Shown here one piece after another: positions 48,683 through 57,494 of a stretch of 64,000 bases of DNA. Position 1 is the stretch's first letter, and the number at the start of each line of letters is the position of its first letter. A program made the translations under genes and the position numbers. The notes beneath the pieces are model-generated. The model was given only the letters and a program-made list of their open reading frames with translations, did no database searches and was not told where the DNA came from. The DNA lies in the NCBI GenBank assembly GCA_964604515.1, contig CAZRZA010000001.1, positions 16,243-80,242 of the forward strand. Reading direction: 5' to 3'. Source of the stretch: an uncultured Gammaproteobacteria bacterium (lineage in GTDB: Bacteria > Patescibacteriota > Patescibacteriia > UBA1558 > GWA2-36-10).

Positions 48683-48978
48683 TGGCAAATAAATATAAAT
48701 ACTTAAATGATGCTCAAGATACTTTTGATTTTCATAGTCTAGAAATGCTAAAAAAAGAGGAGATAATAAACTTAACTAATAATTTTATAAAAGAATCCTT
48801 AAATAATAACTTAAATATTATTTCTCTAATAACAGGAAAAGGAAAGCATTCAAAAAATGGTCCTGTTATCAAACCATTATTAAAAGAATATTTAAGTAAT
48901 CATAAAAATATAATTAATATAAAGGAAGGTAAATTTACTGAAGGAGGAGAAGGTGTTTTAATAATAAAAATAAAATAA
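48682..48978 (+). CDS. Smr-domain protein
   Basis: FDFHSL, ITGKGKHS, GGEGVLIIKIK Smr motifs; ATG overlaps xer stop. Confidence 0.7.
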   Translation: MANKYKYLNDAQDTFDFHSLEMLKKEEIINLTNNFIKESLNNNLNIISLITGKGKHSKNGPVIKPLLKEYLSNHKNIINIKEGKFTEGGEGVLIIKIK

Positions 48979-49018
48979 AAAACTCCATTTCTATGAAACG
49001 GAGTTTTCTTTTTTTTCA
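48977..49018. terminator. bidirectional terminator between Smr gene and convergent zf-HC2 gene
   Basis: aaaactcc-(13nt loop)-ggagtttt flanked by A-run and T9; overlaps last codons of minus-strand gene. Confidence 0.6.
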
Positions 49019-49188
49019 TACTTAGGCAAATTATTAACAAGAAAAGTATAGACCTCCCAAACTGCTGTACGACATTCGTAACAGCCTTGAACATGAAGCT
49101 TAATCTTCTCTTCTAAAGCATCTAAATCATCAGATCTTAGAGTGTTTACATAATCTGCTGTTTCTATCTCTGTTAGACATCTTTTCAT
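48991..49188 (-). CDS. small zinc-finger protein (zf-HC2-like H-x3-C-x2-C, anti-sigma-factor-type)
   Basis: 65 aa; HVQGCYEC motif. Confidence 0.4.
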   Translation of the reverse strand: MKRCLTEIETADYVNTLRSDDLDALEEKIKLHVQGCYECRTAVWEVYTFLVNNLPKYEKKENSVS

Positions 49189-49258
49189 TTCTTTGCCCTC
49201 TTTTATTAATGAACTATTGAAGAAATAAAACTATACCATAATAATAGAAAATAGTCAA

Positions 49259-49789
49259 TTATAAAAACCCTTTTATTAAATAGCCTAAAATAAAGCTTAT
49301 TAAAGCAACTCCTAAACTAACTATTAACATTTCAAGGAATCTCTTCTTTAAAGATATCTTTTTAATTGTTGAAATATAATAATTAAAGATAAAGATGATA
49401 AAAATAGATAAAATAATAGAAATACCTAAACAAAGATAAATATTATTAAGGAATAAATAAGGTAATATTAATATAATTACAGTAATTAAATAAGCTAATC
49501 CTGTATAGGTAGCAGCTTTAATAGGATTCTTATAATTACCTTCTGCCTTAGTAGATAGATATTCAGAGGCAGCCATTGATAAAGACGCTGCTATACCTGT
49601 TATTAATCCTGTTATAGCAATTAATTTAACCTCTTGTAAAGCTAATGTTAAGCCAGCTAAAATACCAATTAACTCCACCAAAGCATCGTTTAAACCTAAA
49701 ACAGCTGAAGAGATATATTTTAACTTCTTTCTATTATCTATACTTTTTCTAATTCTAGAAAATAAAAACATATATATATTATATAGCAA
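49259..49789 (-). CDS. VIT1/CCC1-family Fe/Mn transporter
   Basis: GLNDALVELIGILAG motif, 5 TM. Confidence 0.65.
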   Translation of the reverse strand: MLYNIYMFLFSRIRKSIDNRKKLKYISSAVLGLNDALVELIGILAGLTLALQEVKLIAITGLITGIAASLSMAASEYLSTKAEGNYKNPIKAATYTGLAYLITVIILILPYLFLNNIYLCLGISIILSIFIIFIFNYYISTIKKISLKKRFLEMLIVSLGVALISFILGYLIKGFL

Positions 49790-49881
49790 AAATAATACTT
49801 TAACAAACTGTTTGACAAAAACAATTAAAGAAAGTAAAATAAATAATTATTTTGTTAATTAACATAAAAAGGAGAAAGAAA

Positions 49882-50388
49882 ATGGAAGAAAATAATAATA
49901 TATTTTCAGAAATAAAAAATGCATTAGAAATTTTAGCTGCTTCAAATTACCCTGGTTTAGAAAAAGATATTATTAATTTAAATCAAGCTAATGAAGTTCT
50001 TGATGCATTCATAGCTAACCCACCTATTCCACAATTTCCTGATAATATAAGAAATTATTCTCAAGAATTAAAAAGAATAGAAGAAGATAATAAAAATCTA
50101 TTAAAAAAATGGAAAAGTCTTCTTGCAGAAATACCTCATATTTGTTATGACGATGATACTGATTACATTGGAATGAATAATATTCTTTCCGGATGTTTTC
50201 CTCTGAATAATGATGAAACAAATGATGCATATGGTGTGGGATCTGGAATATTTGATTTTAGAGTAGACGGAAAAGCTGAAATTGATTTTGAAGAATCAAA
50301 ATACACCGGGAGTTGGGAAGAAGTATATAAAAAATTAATAGATTTTATGGAAAATTTATTAAAAAATACTACCCCTATGACTCCTTAA
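49882..50388 (+). CDS. hypothetical protein
   Basis: Start at MEENNN preceded by AAAGGAG SD (track ORF starts 10 codons earlier). Confidence 0.5.
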   Translation: MEENNNIFSEIKNALEILAASNYPGLEKDIINLNQANEVLDAFIANPPIPQFPDNIRNYSQELKRIEEDNKNLLKKWKSLLAEIPHICYDDDTDYIGMNNILSGCFPLNNDETNDAYGVGSGIFDFRVDGKAEIDFEESKYTGSWEEVYKKLIDFMENLLKNTTPMTP

Positions 50389-50390
50389 TT

Positions 50391-50426
50391 AAAAAACCCC
50401 TTTATATAAAATATAAAGGGGTTTTA
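50391..50426. terminator. bidirectional terminator
   Basis: aaaaaacccctttatat-aaaa-tataaaggggtttt near-perfect palindrome. Confidence 0.65.
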
Positions 50427-50435
50427 GTTGATGGT

Positions 50436-50720
50436 TCAAGTATGCAAGTATTTATTAATTAACTCTGGACAACCTATAACTTCAGCTACTTCTTGAATGT
50501 CTCTTAAAGTATGAGCAGAGCAATTCTCTATTGGATAATCAGAAAAAAAATCTTCTAAATAATCTTTAGTGGCAATCTTTTCTTCTTCTGATAAATTTAT
50601 TAGATCAGAAGACTCCCTGACTAGCTCCAAACGAGTAGCTTTGCCTCTATTGTCCAAAACAAAGACAATACCTTTAGACTCTATACTGTTATTATTACTT
50701 TCATTTATTTTCTTAGCCAT
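50436..50720 (-). CDS. hypothetical protein (94 aa)
   Basis: ORF only. Confidence 0.45.
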   Translation of the reverse strand: MAKKINESNNNSIESKGIVFVLDNRGKATRLELVRESSDLINLSEEEKIATKDYLEDFFSDYPIENCSAHTLRDIQEVAEVIGCPELINKYLHT

Positions 50721-50909
50721 CTTTTCTCCTTTTGTTTGTTTTTTAATTGAATGTACTGTTCATTTATTTAATAAATGAAGATTAACAATACCATTCTATT
50801 ATTGTTTAGTCAATAATACATTAATTGACTAAATTATTTTTATATAATATACTAAATATTGTCACCTATTATAAGTAATGTACATTAAATTAAACAATGA
50901 GGAGAATAT

Positions 50910-51239
50910 ATGAAAAATAAAAATGATCATTATGATCAGTGTAAGCATAAATTAGAAAACTCTAAAGAATCTAAATATAAAACAATAGTATTTGGATTAG
51001 CAGTTAGTAAACTAACATGCGAAAAAGTTGTTGAGGCAACACTTCCTGTTATAATAGAAAGTCCAGATTTTTGTCCTAAAGAACTTGGTATTAGTTTAGG
51101 AACTTTTTATAAAGAAACAGAAATTGTTAAGGTCTTTCTTCATGAAGAAAGAAAACATTTACTTGAGCCTGTTTTAATAGGTTTAGAGATTGATTTAGAT
51201 AATATAATAAGCGGTTCATTAGAGGAGGCTCAAGCTTAA
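50910..51239 (+). CDS. hypothetical protein (109 aa)
   Basis: ORF with GAGGAG SD. Confidence 0.45.
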   Translation: MKNKNDHYDQCKHKLENSKESKYKTIVFGLAVSKLTCEKVVEATLPVIIESPDFCPKELGISLGTFYKETEIVKVFLHEERKHLLEPVLIGLEIDLDNIISGSLEEAQA

Positions 51240-51244
51240 AAAAT

Positions 51245-51279
51245 TACCCCATCAAAAAAATTGATGGGGTTTTTATTTG
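51245..51279 (+). terminator. rho-independent terminator
   Basis: accccatcaa-aaaaa-ttgatggggt + ttttatttg. Confidence 0.6.
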
Positions 51280-51294
51280 TAATAAATATATAAT

Positions 51295-51323
51295 AAAAAA
51301 GCCCAATTTTTAAAAATTGGGCT
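51295..51323 (-). terminator. rho-independent terminator for 51334..51783
   Basis: agcccaattt-ttaa-aaattgggct preceded on plus strand by A6. Confidence 0.5.
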
Positions 51324-51333
51324 AAATATTATT

Positions 51334-51783
51334 TTAAGCATTAGCTACAAAATTATGCCTCATTATAAAGTCTAATTCTTCTTCTGCATTCTTAATAGAT
51401 TCATTCATAGATAAATTAAGTACAATACCCTTTATTAATTCCTTAGTATTTATATCATTATTTTCATTATGTATTAAACAATCATAAAAATTATCTTCTT
51501 TTAATAATTGATATTTATATAATCTTTCTATAAAAGTTTCTAATTCAATCTTCTTTTCTGGAAAAATAGAAAATTGAACTTCTCTGGTAAGAATACTGGC
51601 TTTATCAGAAGAAATTATTCCTAAACTATTCCAAACCCTTATCATTTCTATTAATGAATCCTGTGAAAAACAAGGACCAACCTCGTTTATTATTTCTTCT
51701 CCTTTTAGTTTTTGTATAAAACAATGTTTTGGTTTATTTTGACAGTGACATATTTCTAGTAAAAAGCTTACTTTATTTTTCAT
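51334..51783 (-). CDS. hypothetical Cys-rich N-terminus protein (149 aa)
   Basis: ORF; CHCQNKPKHC. Confidence 0.45.
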   Translation of the reverse strand: MKNKVSFLLEICHCQNKPKHCFIQKLKGEEIINEVGPCFSQDSLIEMIRVWNSLGIISSDKASILTREVQFSIFPEKKIELETFIERLYKYQLLKEDNFYDCLIHNENNDINTKELIKGIVLNLSMNESIKNAEEELDFIMRHNFVANA

Positions 51784-51932
51784 ATTTTGTCTCCTCTTTG
51801 CTTCATATTTTAAAGAACTATCAGATTAATCTGATCCTTTTTAATATACTCCCTCAAAATATGCTTGTCAATTAATTGACAAGTAAATTAATATATAATA
51901 ATCTTAAATAGTTAATAAAAGGAGGAATAATA

Positions 51933-52160
51933 ATGCGCTCTTTAAAAAGCATTCTACCAATTACTATGAATAATATGCTAAGTAGGGTAGAAAAAAAAGA
52001 TCTCCTTGATATAATAATAGATAATCAAGATAATATTATATTGCAGGAAGAAGCAAGAAAAATAATATTAAATAATAATCCTAGTAAAAAAGAGTTAGCT
52101 ATTATTAAAAAATATGCAATTCGGAAAAAACAAATGGAGATCAAATTTAAAGAGTCATAA
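51933..52160 (+). CDS. hypothetical small protein (75 aa)
   Basis: ORF with AAAGGAGG SD. Confidence 0.4.
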   Translation: MRSLKSILPITMNNMLSRVEKKDLLDIIIDNQDNIILQEEARKIILNNNPSKKELAIIKKYAIRKKQMEIKFKES

Positions 52161-52245
52161 TAATGTGGCTCTTTTTATTGACATTATTACTTTCTTGTAT
52201 TAGATTAAAATTAGTACTTTACAAATAAAAATAAGGAGAATAAAG

Positions 52246-52938
52246 ATGACTAATCCTTTGTCTTTTCTTAATAAGTTTTTGATAAAAATAAACGACTGGC
52301 GAGATAAGTGGTTACAATCTAAAATAAAATATTATTTAGAAGATTTTAAACAAAGATCTAAGAATAAAAAAGAATATTGGTTTGAAAAATTGTTTCTTCC
52401 TTTAGCTGAACAAACAATTGTTAATATTCCTAATCTTTTATCTTTATTTAGAGCGATCATGTCTGTTCCTATAGCTATTTTCATTATTGATAATAGACTT
52501 ATAGAGGCTTTCATATTCTTCTTTTTTAGTATGTTTCTTGATGCTATAGACGGACCATTAGCTAGAGCATTAAAACAAGAAACTGATTTAGGTGAATTAC
52601 TAGATCCTTTGGGAGATAAACTAATATTTGCTTCAGTTTTTTTAACCTTAGGAATGAAGTATCTTTCTGGTTTGGTCTTTACTTCAACTTTAATACTTGA
52701 ATTAGTAATTGTTTTCATGGCTTTAGTATTAAGACCAATAGCACAAAAGAAAAATTTAATTTTTATAAAAAAAGCTACTCTAGCTGGAAAAATTAAATTA
52801 AACTTACAAGCTATTGCTTGTGGTTTGCTTATTTTAAATATAATAGAAATAGCTACTATATTTTTTATTATTAGCTTACCCTTCTCTTTAATAGCTATTA
52901 TCAAGCACTTAATAATAAAAAAGCCCCCTAGTATATAA
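52246..52938 (+). CDS. CDP-alcohol phosphatidyltransferase
   Basis: DAIDGPLARALKQETDLGELLDPLGDKL = D-x2-DG-x2-AR...G-x3-D-x3-D signature; polytopic. Confidence 0.8.
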   Translation: MTNPLSFLNKFLIKINDWRDKWLQSKIKYYLEDFKQRSKNKKEYWFEKLFLPLAEQTIVNIPNLLSLFRAIMSVPIAIFIIDNRLIEAFIFFFFSMFLDAIDGPLARALKQETDLGELLDPLGDKLIFASVFLTLGMKYLSGLVFTSTLILELVIVFMALVLRPIAQKKNLIFIKKATLAGKIKLNLQAIACGLLILNIIEIATIFFIISLPFSLIAIIKHLIIKKPPSI

Positions 52939-52972
52939 TTATTACAATGTGGGGGGTTTTTTATTTTTTATA
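52918..52972. terminator. bidirectional terminator between CDP-OH transferase and sensor kinase genes
   Basis: aaaaagccccc-(loop)-gggggg-tttttt. Confidence 0.55.
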
Positions 52973-54727
52973 CTTAGGAATAATAAGGGTAATTTCTGTT
53001 CCTTTGTTTTCTATGCTACTTAAATATATTTTACCATTCATTAATCTTATTAATCGTTTAGTTATCCATAAGCCGAGACCAGTTCCTTCAATACCAGCTG
53101 TTTTATTATTCTTAACTCTATTAAACTTAGTAAATAACCCCTCTTGATCCTTATATGCTATGCCAATACCTGAATCTTTTACTATTATTTTTATGAAGCT
53201 ACTTTCTTCTTTAGCAGAAATTTCTATACCACCCTTATTTGTATATTTAATAGCATTATCTATTAAATTAATAAAAACTTGTTTTAATTTATCTTCATCT
53301 GCTAAAACTGGGGAAATATTTTTAGGTATATTTAGTTCTAAATTTAAATTTTTCTCCTTAATTTTTAAAATGAGCTGTTCAGTAACTTCTTTAACTATTT
53401 TTTCTAAGTTTACTTCTTCTAATTCTATTGGTAACCTTTTTTGTTCAATACGAGAAACGTCTAATAAATCATTAACTAATTTTCCTAAACGATTATTTGA
53501 TACTTCTATAATTTTTAAAGTTTTCTTAATTTTATCATCCACCTCACCAAAATCCCCTTCTAAAGTCATAGAAACAAAACCCTTGATAGCTGAAATTGGT
53601 GTTCTTAATTCATGAGAAGCCATAGAAATAAATTCATCTTTCATTTTATCTAAACCCTTTAATTCTTCATATGATTTATTTAAGGCTTTAGTCATTTTAT
53701 TAAATGAATTAGCTAATGTACCTATTTCATCTTTAGAGTCTACATTTATTTTATATTTTAAATTACCCTTACTAACTATGTTTGTTCCTTTAATTAACCT
53801 TAATAATGGTTTGGTAATGGTACGAGAAAATATAAGTCCTAATAAAGTAATGACTAATAAAATAGCTGAAGTAACTAAAAAAACAAAAACTCTTAACTTT
53901 TCAATAGACCTAAAGGCTTCTGATTGATTTATTTCTGCTAAAAGACAAACATTTCTTTCTTCAATCCATGTATAAGCCCCTATCACTGGTATATTATCAT
54001 AATTATCATATAGAGCTAAGCCATTGTTATGTTTCAAGCATTCTTTAGTTGCTTCTGTGTAAATAACGTCCTTAAATACTTTTTTAGAAAGGCTTGTTTC
54101 TTCCCCGCTAACTAAAAAATTAAATTTATTAACTAAATAAGTCTCTCCACTATTACTTAAACCAACCTTTTCTTTCATTATCTCATTTATCTTTTCTAAT
54201 TTAATTCTACCAATTAATACGCTTTCTAAAGACCCTTCTTTACTATTTAAAGGAGTAGATATAGTAAGAGCCGGTTGTCCTAATGCTAAAGAATAATAAA
54301 TATTTTTAATAAAAGTTTTATTTTTACCTTCTTTAAAATATTCTTCTGATATTTTTATTTTACCAATATTATTTTTATTTGTAGAAACAACTATTTGACC
54401 ATTATTTTTATCTAAAATAAATAACTCAAAAAAACCTAATTCTTTATTCAATAGTTCTTCTAAAATAGGTTGATCTGAACTATTAATGCTATTGTTCTTT
54501 ATAATTTCACCGATCAATACTAAACTTTGTGCTTGTTGATTTATCCAGCTATTAATTTCTTCCTGCTTTAATATAGAAACAGAAATAAGATGATCAAAGG
54601 TTTCTTTTTTTATTATATCTTCACTATTTTTAAAAGAAAAATAGCCAGTTATAATAAGTGGTAAAAAGGAGATTACTACAAAATATAATAATAATCTTAT
54701 TCTTATGTTTTTTTTAGGAGAGTTCAT
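52961..54727 (-). CDS. sensor histidine kinase (TM, extracytoplasmic sensor, HAMP, HisKA, HATPase_c)
   Basis: H-box MASHELRTPISAIKGF; N/G-box motifs (IDNAIKYT, DSGIGI, GTGLGLWI). Confidence 0.85.
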   Translation of the reverse strand: MNSPKKNIRIRLLLYFVVISFLPLIITGYFSFKNSEDIIKKETFDHLISVSILKQEEINSWINQQAQSLVLIGEIIKNNSINSSDQPILEELLNKELGFFELFILDKNNGQIVVSTNKNNIGKIKISEEYFKEGKNKTFIKNIYYSLALGQPALTISTPLNSKEGSLESVLIGRIKLEKINEIMKEKVGLSNSGETYLVNKFNFLVSGEETSLSKKVFKDVIYTEATKECLKHNNGLALYDNYDNIPVIGAYTWIEERNVCLLAEINQSEAFRSIEKLRVFVFLVTSAILLVITLLGLIFSRTITKPLLRLIKGTNIVSKGNLKYKINVDSKDEIGTLANSFNKMTKALNKSYEELKGLDKMKDEFISMASHELRTPISAIKGFVSMTLEGDFGEVDDKIKKTLKIIEVSNNRLGKLVNDLLDVSRIEQKRLPIELEEVNLEKIVKEVTEQLILKIKEKNLNLELNIPKNISPVLADEDKLKQVFINLIDNAIKYTNKGGIEISAKEESSFIKIIVKDSGIGIAYKDQEGLFTKFNRVKNNKTAGIEGTGLGLWITKRLIRLMNGKIYLSSIENKGTEITLIIPKYKK

Positions 54728-54750
54728 TTATTATTTAAATTATAAATAAC

Positions 54751-55737
54751 CTATCTTAGTATTTTATCTAAAAACTCCATACTATATGCTTCCTTGATAT
54801 TAAAAGTATTTTTAATTTCTCCATACTCTAATAAAGTATTATACATTTCTTCCCATTTCTTTTCATCCATATCACCGATCTCATTGTCACCAGTATATAT
54901 TAATGGTCTTTGATGATTAAAAATATATTCTTCATAGTCCTTATCTTTATATCTACCGCTTTCATATTTTGGTAATATTTTTAAAACATAGTCTTCATGC
55001 TCTATAGCATATTGCCACCCTCTTAAAGTAGCTCTTAAAAATTTCTCTACTAACTCTGGATTACTATCAATAATATTATCTGTAGTAAAGATAGTGTCTG
55101 CATAGAATATAACATCATAATCATAGGGCATAATTGTATTTACCTCATAACCCTCTTCTTCTATTTTATAAATTTCGTCTGTAACATACATAGTAAAAGC
55201 ATCATAAGTACCGTCTAATAAAGGGTGAAAATCAAAGCCTGCATCAATAATATTCATCTGTCCTTTTATGTTTAACCTGTTCATCAAGGTACTGTGTATT
55301 GTAGGAGCGTCTGGTGTTAAGCCAATGTTCTTACCAACAAAATCTTGTGGTTTTTTTATTCCAGAATCTTTTAATGTCACATAACCTAAAGGACTTATTT
55401 GAAATATTACACTAATAGCTTTTAGTTTATTACCCTCACTAATCTTTGTTAAAATTCTGGCAGGATCATCAACGCCAAACTCTGCCTCTCCAGCTAGAAC
55501 AATATCTGTTGGTTCTTTAGCAAAATCTGATTCTTCAAAGTTTACGTCTAAACCCTCATCTTCGTAATAACCTTTTTCAAGAGCAGTATAAAAACCAGAA
55601 AACTGTGCTTGATGTAACCATTTTAATCTTACGGTTACTTTTTCTAATTCTTCATTACTTTTATTATTTTCTAAAAAAAAGTAAACTAAACCTAAAATGA
55701 TTATTAAAAAAATAATTGTTAAAATAGATTTTTTCAT
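54751..55737 (-). CDS. periplasmic substrate-binding protein (NMT1/THI5 / TauA-like) cotranscribed with sensor kinase
   Basis: Signal anchor; VTVRLKWLHQAQFSGFY motif. Confidence 0.6.
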   Translation of the reverse strand: MKKSILTIIFLIIILGLVYFFLENNKSNEELEKVTVRLKWLHQAQFSGFYTALEKGYYEDEGLDVNFEESDFAKEPTDIVLAGEAEFGVDDPARILTKISEGNKLKAISVIFQISPLGYVTLKDSGIKKPQDFVGKNIGLTPDAPTIHSTLMNRLNIKGQMNIIDAGFDFHPLLDGTYDAFTMYVTDEIYKIEEEGYEVNTIMPYDYDVIFYADTIFTTDNIIDSNPELVEKFLRATLRGWQYAIEHEDYVLKILPKYESGRYKDKDYEEYIFNHQRPLIYTGDNEIGDMDEKKWEEMYNTLLEYGEIKNTFNIKEAYSMEFLDKILR

Positions 55738-55781
55738 ATATTTTATTTACTAATTACTAATATTATATCATGAAATAAAAC

Positions 55782-55808
55782 AAAAAACGAGATAATATCT
55801 CGTTTTTT
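55782..55808. terminator. bidirectional terminator
   Basis: aaaaaacgagata-at-atctcgtttttt. Confidence 0.6.
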
Positions 55809-55831
55809 ACTATTTATTTAATAACTTATAC

Positions 55832-56374
55832 TTATTTAAACTGTTTAATTAAATTATTTACATTATCACTTGTAATTTGAAAACCATTGCTACTTGCTTT
55901 TTGTAATGCTTGGTTATTAGTGATAATATTACTCACCTCTTCTTCATTTAACCCCTCTGCTTTAATAAAGGTATCTTTTAATAATTCACTATTTTCTAAA
56001 ACTTTACCAAATTTAATTTTAGTACCAATTATTAAATTATCTGGATTCTCCTCTATACCATAATTTAAATAATTATTCACAACCTCATCCTTTAAAGCAT
56101 CTATTAAGTATGTTTGCTTTGCTTCTCCTAGCTCATTCCACTTATTATCTGTAATACTCAACATTATCTGTTCTTTAGATAGATTCCAAATATTATCACC
56201 AGCCTTAACTTCGACTTCAAAATGTGAATCTATTTTATAATCACTTTTTATGTTTTCTTCTAAATTTATAGTTGAATTTTCTTCATCTTTATTAATATCG
56301 ACCCTCTGATTAGCAGAGGTACACCCTGTTAAAAATGTTAACAGTATAAAAATAAAAAATACTTTTTTCTTCAT
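55832..56374 (-). CDS. lipoprotein (lipobox LTGC)
   Basis: MKKKVFFIFILLTFLTGCTS signal + lipobox. Confidence 0.5.
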   Translation of the reverse strand: MKKKVFFIFILLTFLTGCTSANQRVDINKDEENSTINLEENIKSDYKIDSHFEVEVKAGDNIWNLSKEQIMLSITDNKWNELGEAKQTYLIDALKDEVVNNYLNYGIEENPDNLIIGTKIKFGKVLENSELLKDTFIKAEGLNEEEVSNIITNNQALQKASSNGFQITSDNVNNLIKQFK

Positions 56375-56480
56375 ATATAATAATCTTACTTATAATTTAT
56401 TACTTTATTGTAATAAATAAAAATTGTCAATAAAAAAATAAGGTTAATAAACCTTATTTAAATTTTAATTTCTCTAAAAA

Positions 56481-57041
56481 CTATTTTTTCTTACTGCTTT
56501 TTTTCTTTTTTACAACTTTCTTTTTTTTCTTAAGAACCTTAACTTTTTTCTTTTTAGAAAAAGATCCTAAAACTGCTTTTTCTAATTTTATAAAATCTTT
56601 TACTGTTAATTCTAAAGAATGATTAGAGCTTCCTGTTGAAAAAACTGCTTTTTTTAATTTATCTAGTTTAGATTCAACAATAACTGGTACTTTATGTAAA
56701 TTACCAAAAGCACTTATTGCTCCTGCTTTAACTTTTAAAGAATTTTCTATAATTTTCTCACCTGGTATTTTTAAAATTTTAATATCTTTTTGTTGGGCCT
56801 TGCTAATTATTTTTTTTAATTTATCTAAATCTAAATTATGATCTGCTGGTAAAAGAACTAAATAATAATCTTTATCTGCTTTTACTAATAAAGATTTAGC
56901 AATTTCTTCTAACTTCTTCCTCATTGTTAAAGCAGCATCAATAGCTGTATAAACTGTTTTGTGCTCCAAGATCTCATGGTCTATACCAGATTTTTCTAAA
57001 TAATTTAAAACCTTTTTAGAAATTTTTGTTTTCTTGGCCAT
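56481..57041 (-). CDS. YbaK/ProX-type aminoacyl-tRNA deacylase domain protein with polylysine tail
   Basis: ~150-aa YbaK-like core followed by KKKKVKVLKKKKKVVKKKKSSKKK. Confidence 0.5.
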   Translation of the reverse strand: MAKKTKISKKVLNYLEKSGIDHEILEHKTVYTAIDAALTMRKKLEEIAKSLLVKADKDYYLVLLPADHNLDLDKLKKIISKAQQKDIKILKIPGEKIIENSLKVKAGAISAFGNLHKVPVIVESKLDKLKKAVFSTGSSNHSLELTVKDFIKLEKAVLGSFSKKKKVKVLKKKKKVVKKKKSSKKK

Positions 57042-57067
57042 ATAATTATATTAAGATAAAAAATATA

Positions 57068-57199
57068 TTATTTAATAATTGATAATAATACTAAACAAGA
57101 AAAAAAGAACATAGCTAATAGTGGCCAATTTGTGTAACCAGTTGCTGTTGTTCCATAATTTGTATCTACTAAAGTAAAGCTTTTAATATCTTTTTTCAT
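57068..57199 (-). CDS. candidate 43-aa tail-anchored peptide upstream of YbaK-like gene
   Basis: Own translation MKKDIKSFTLVDTNYGTTATGYTNWPLLAMFFFSCLVLLSIIK; no SD; could be chance ORF in AT-rich DNA. Confidence 0.2.
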   Translation of the reverse strand: MKKDIKSFTLVDTNYGTTATGYTNWPLLAMFFFSCLVLLSIIK

Positions 57200-57301
57200 A
57201 ATTTTATTTTTCTTATTATTTTTAATAAAATAATTACTTATTAACTTATAATTCTATTATACCACTTTTATACAAAAGATAAAACCCTATAAAATAGGGT
57301 T

Positions 57302-57442
57302 TTATTTAGCTTCTGAATTTCTATGCCTTTCTATTTCTCTCCATAAATACATTAAAGTATATAAAATGATTAAGAAAGGAATTTTTATTAATTTCCAAAA
57401 TAGAAAAATATTATTTCCGAAGCTTTTTAAAAAATACTCCAT
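57302..57442 (-). CDS. candidate 46-aa membrane peptide with strong SD and own terminator
   Basis: GGGAGG-6nt-ATG; MEYFLKSFGNNIFLFWKLIKIPFLIILYTLMYLWREIERHRNSEAK; followed by hairpin aaaaccctat-aaaa-tagggtttt + U-rich. Confidence 0.45.
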   Translation of the reverse strand: MEYFLKSFGNNIFLFWKLIKIPFLIILYTLMYLWREIERHRNSEAK

Positions 57443-57494
57443 TGTTTGCCTCCCTTTTTCTATTGGATTATATTATAACACTTTTAATAAATTA

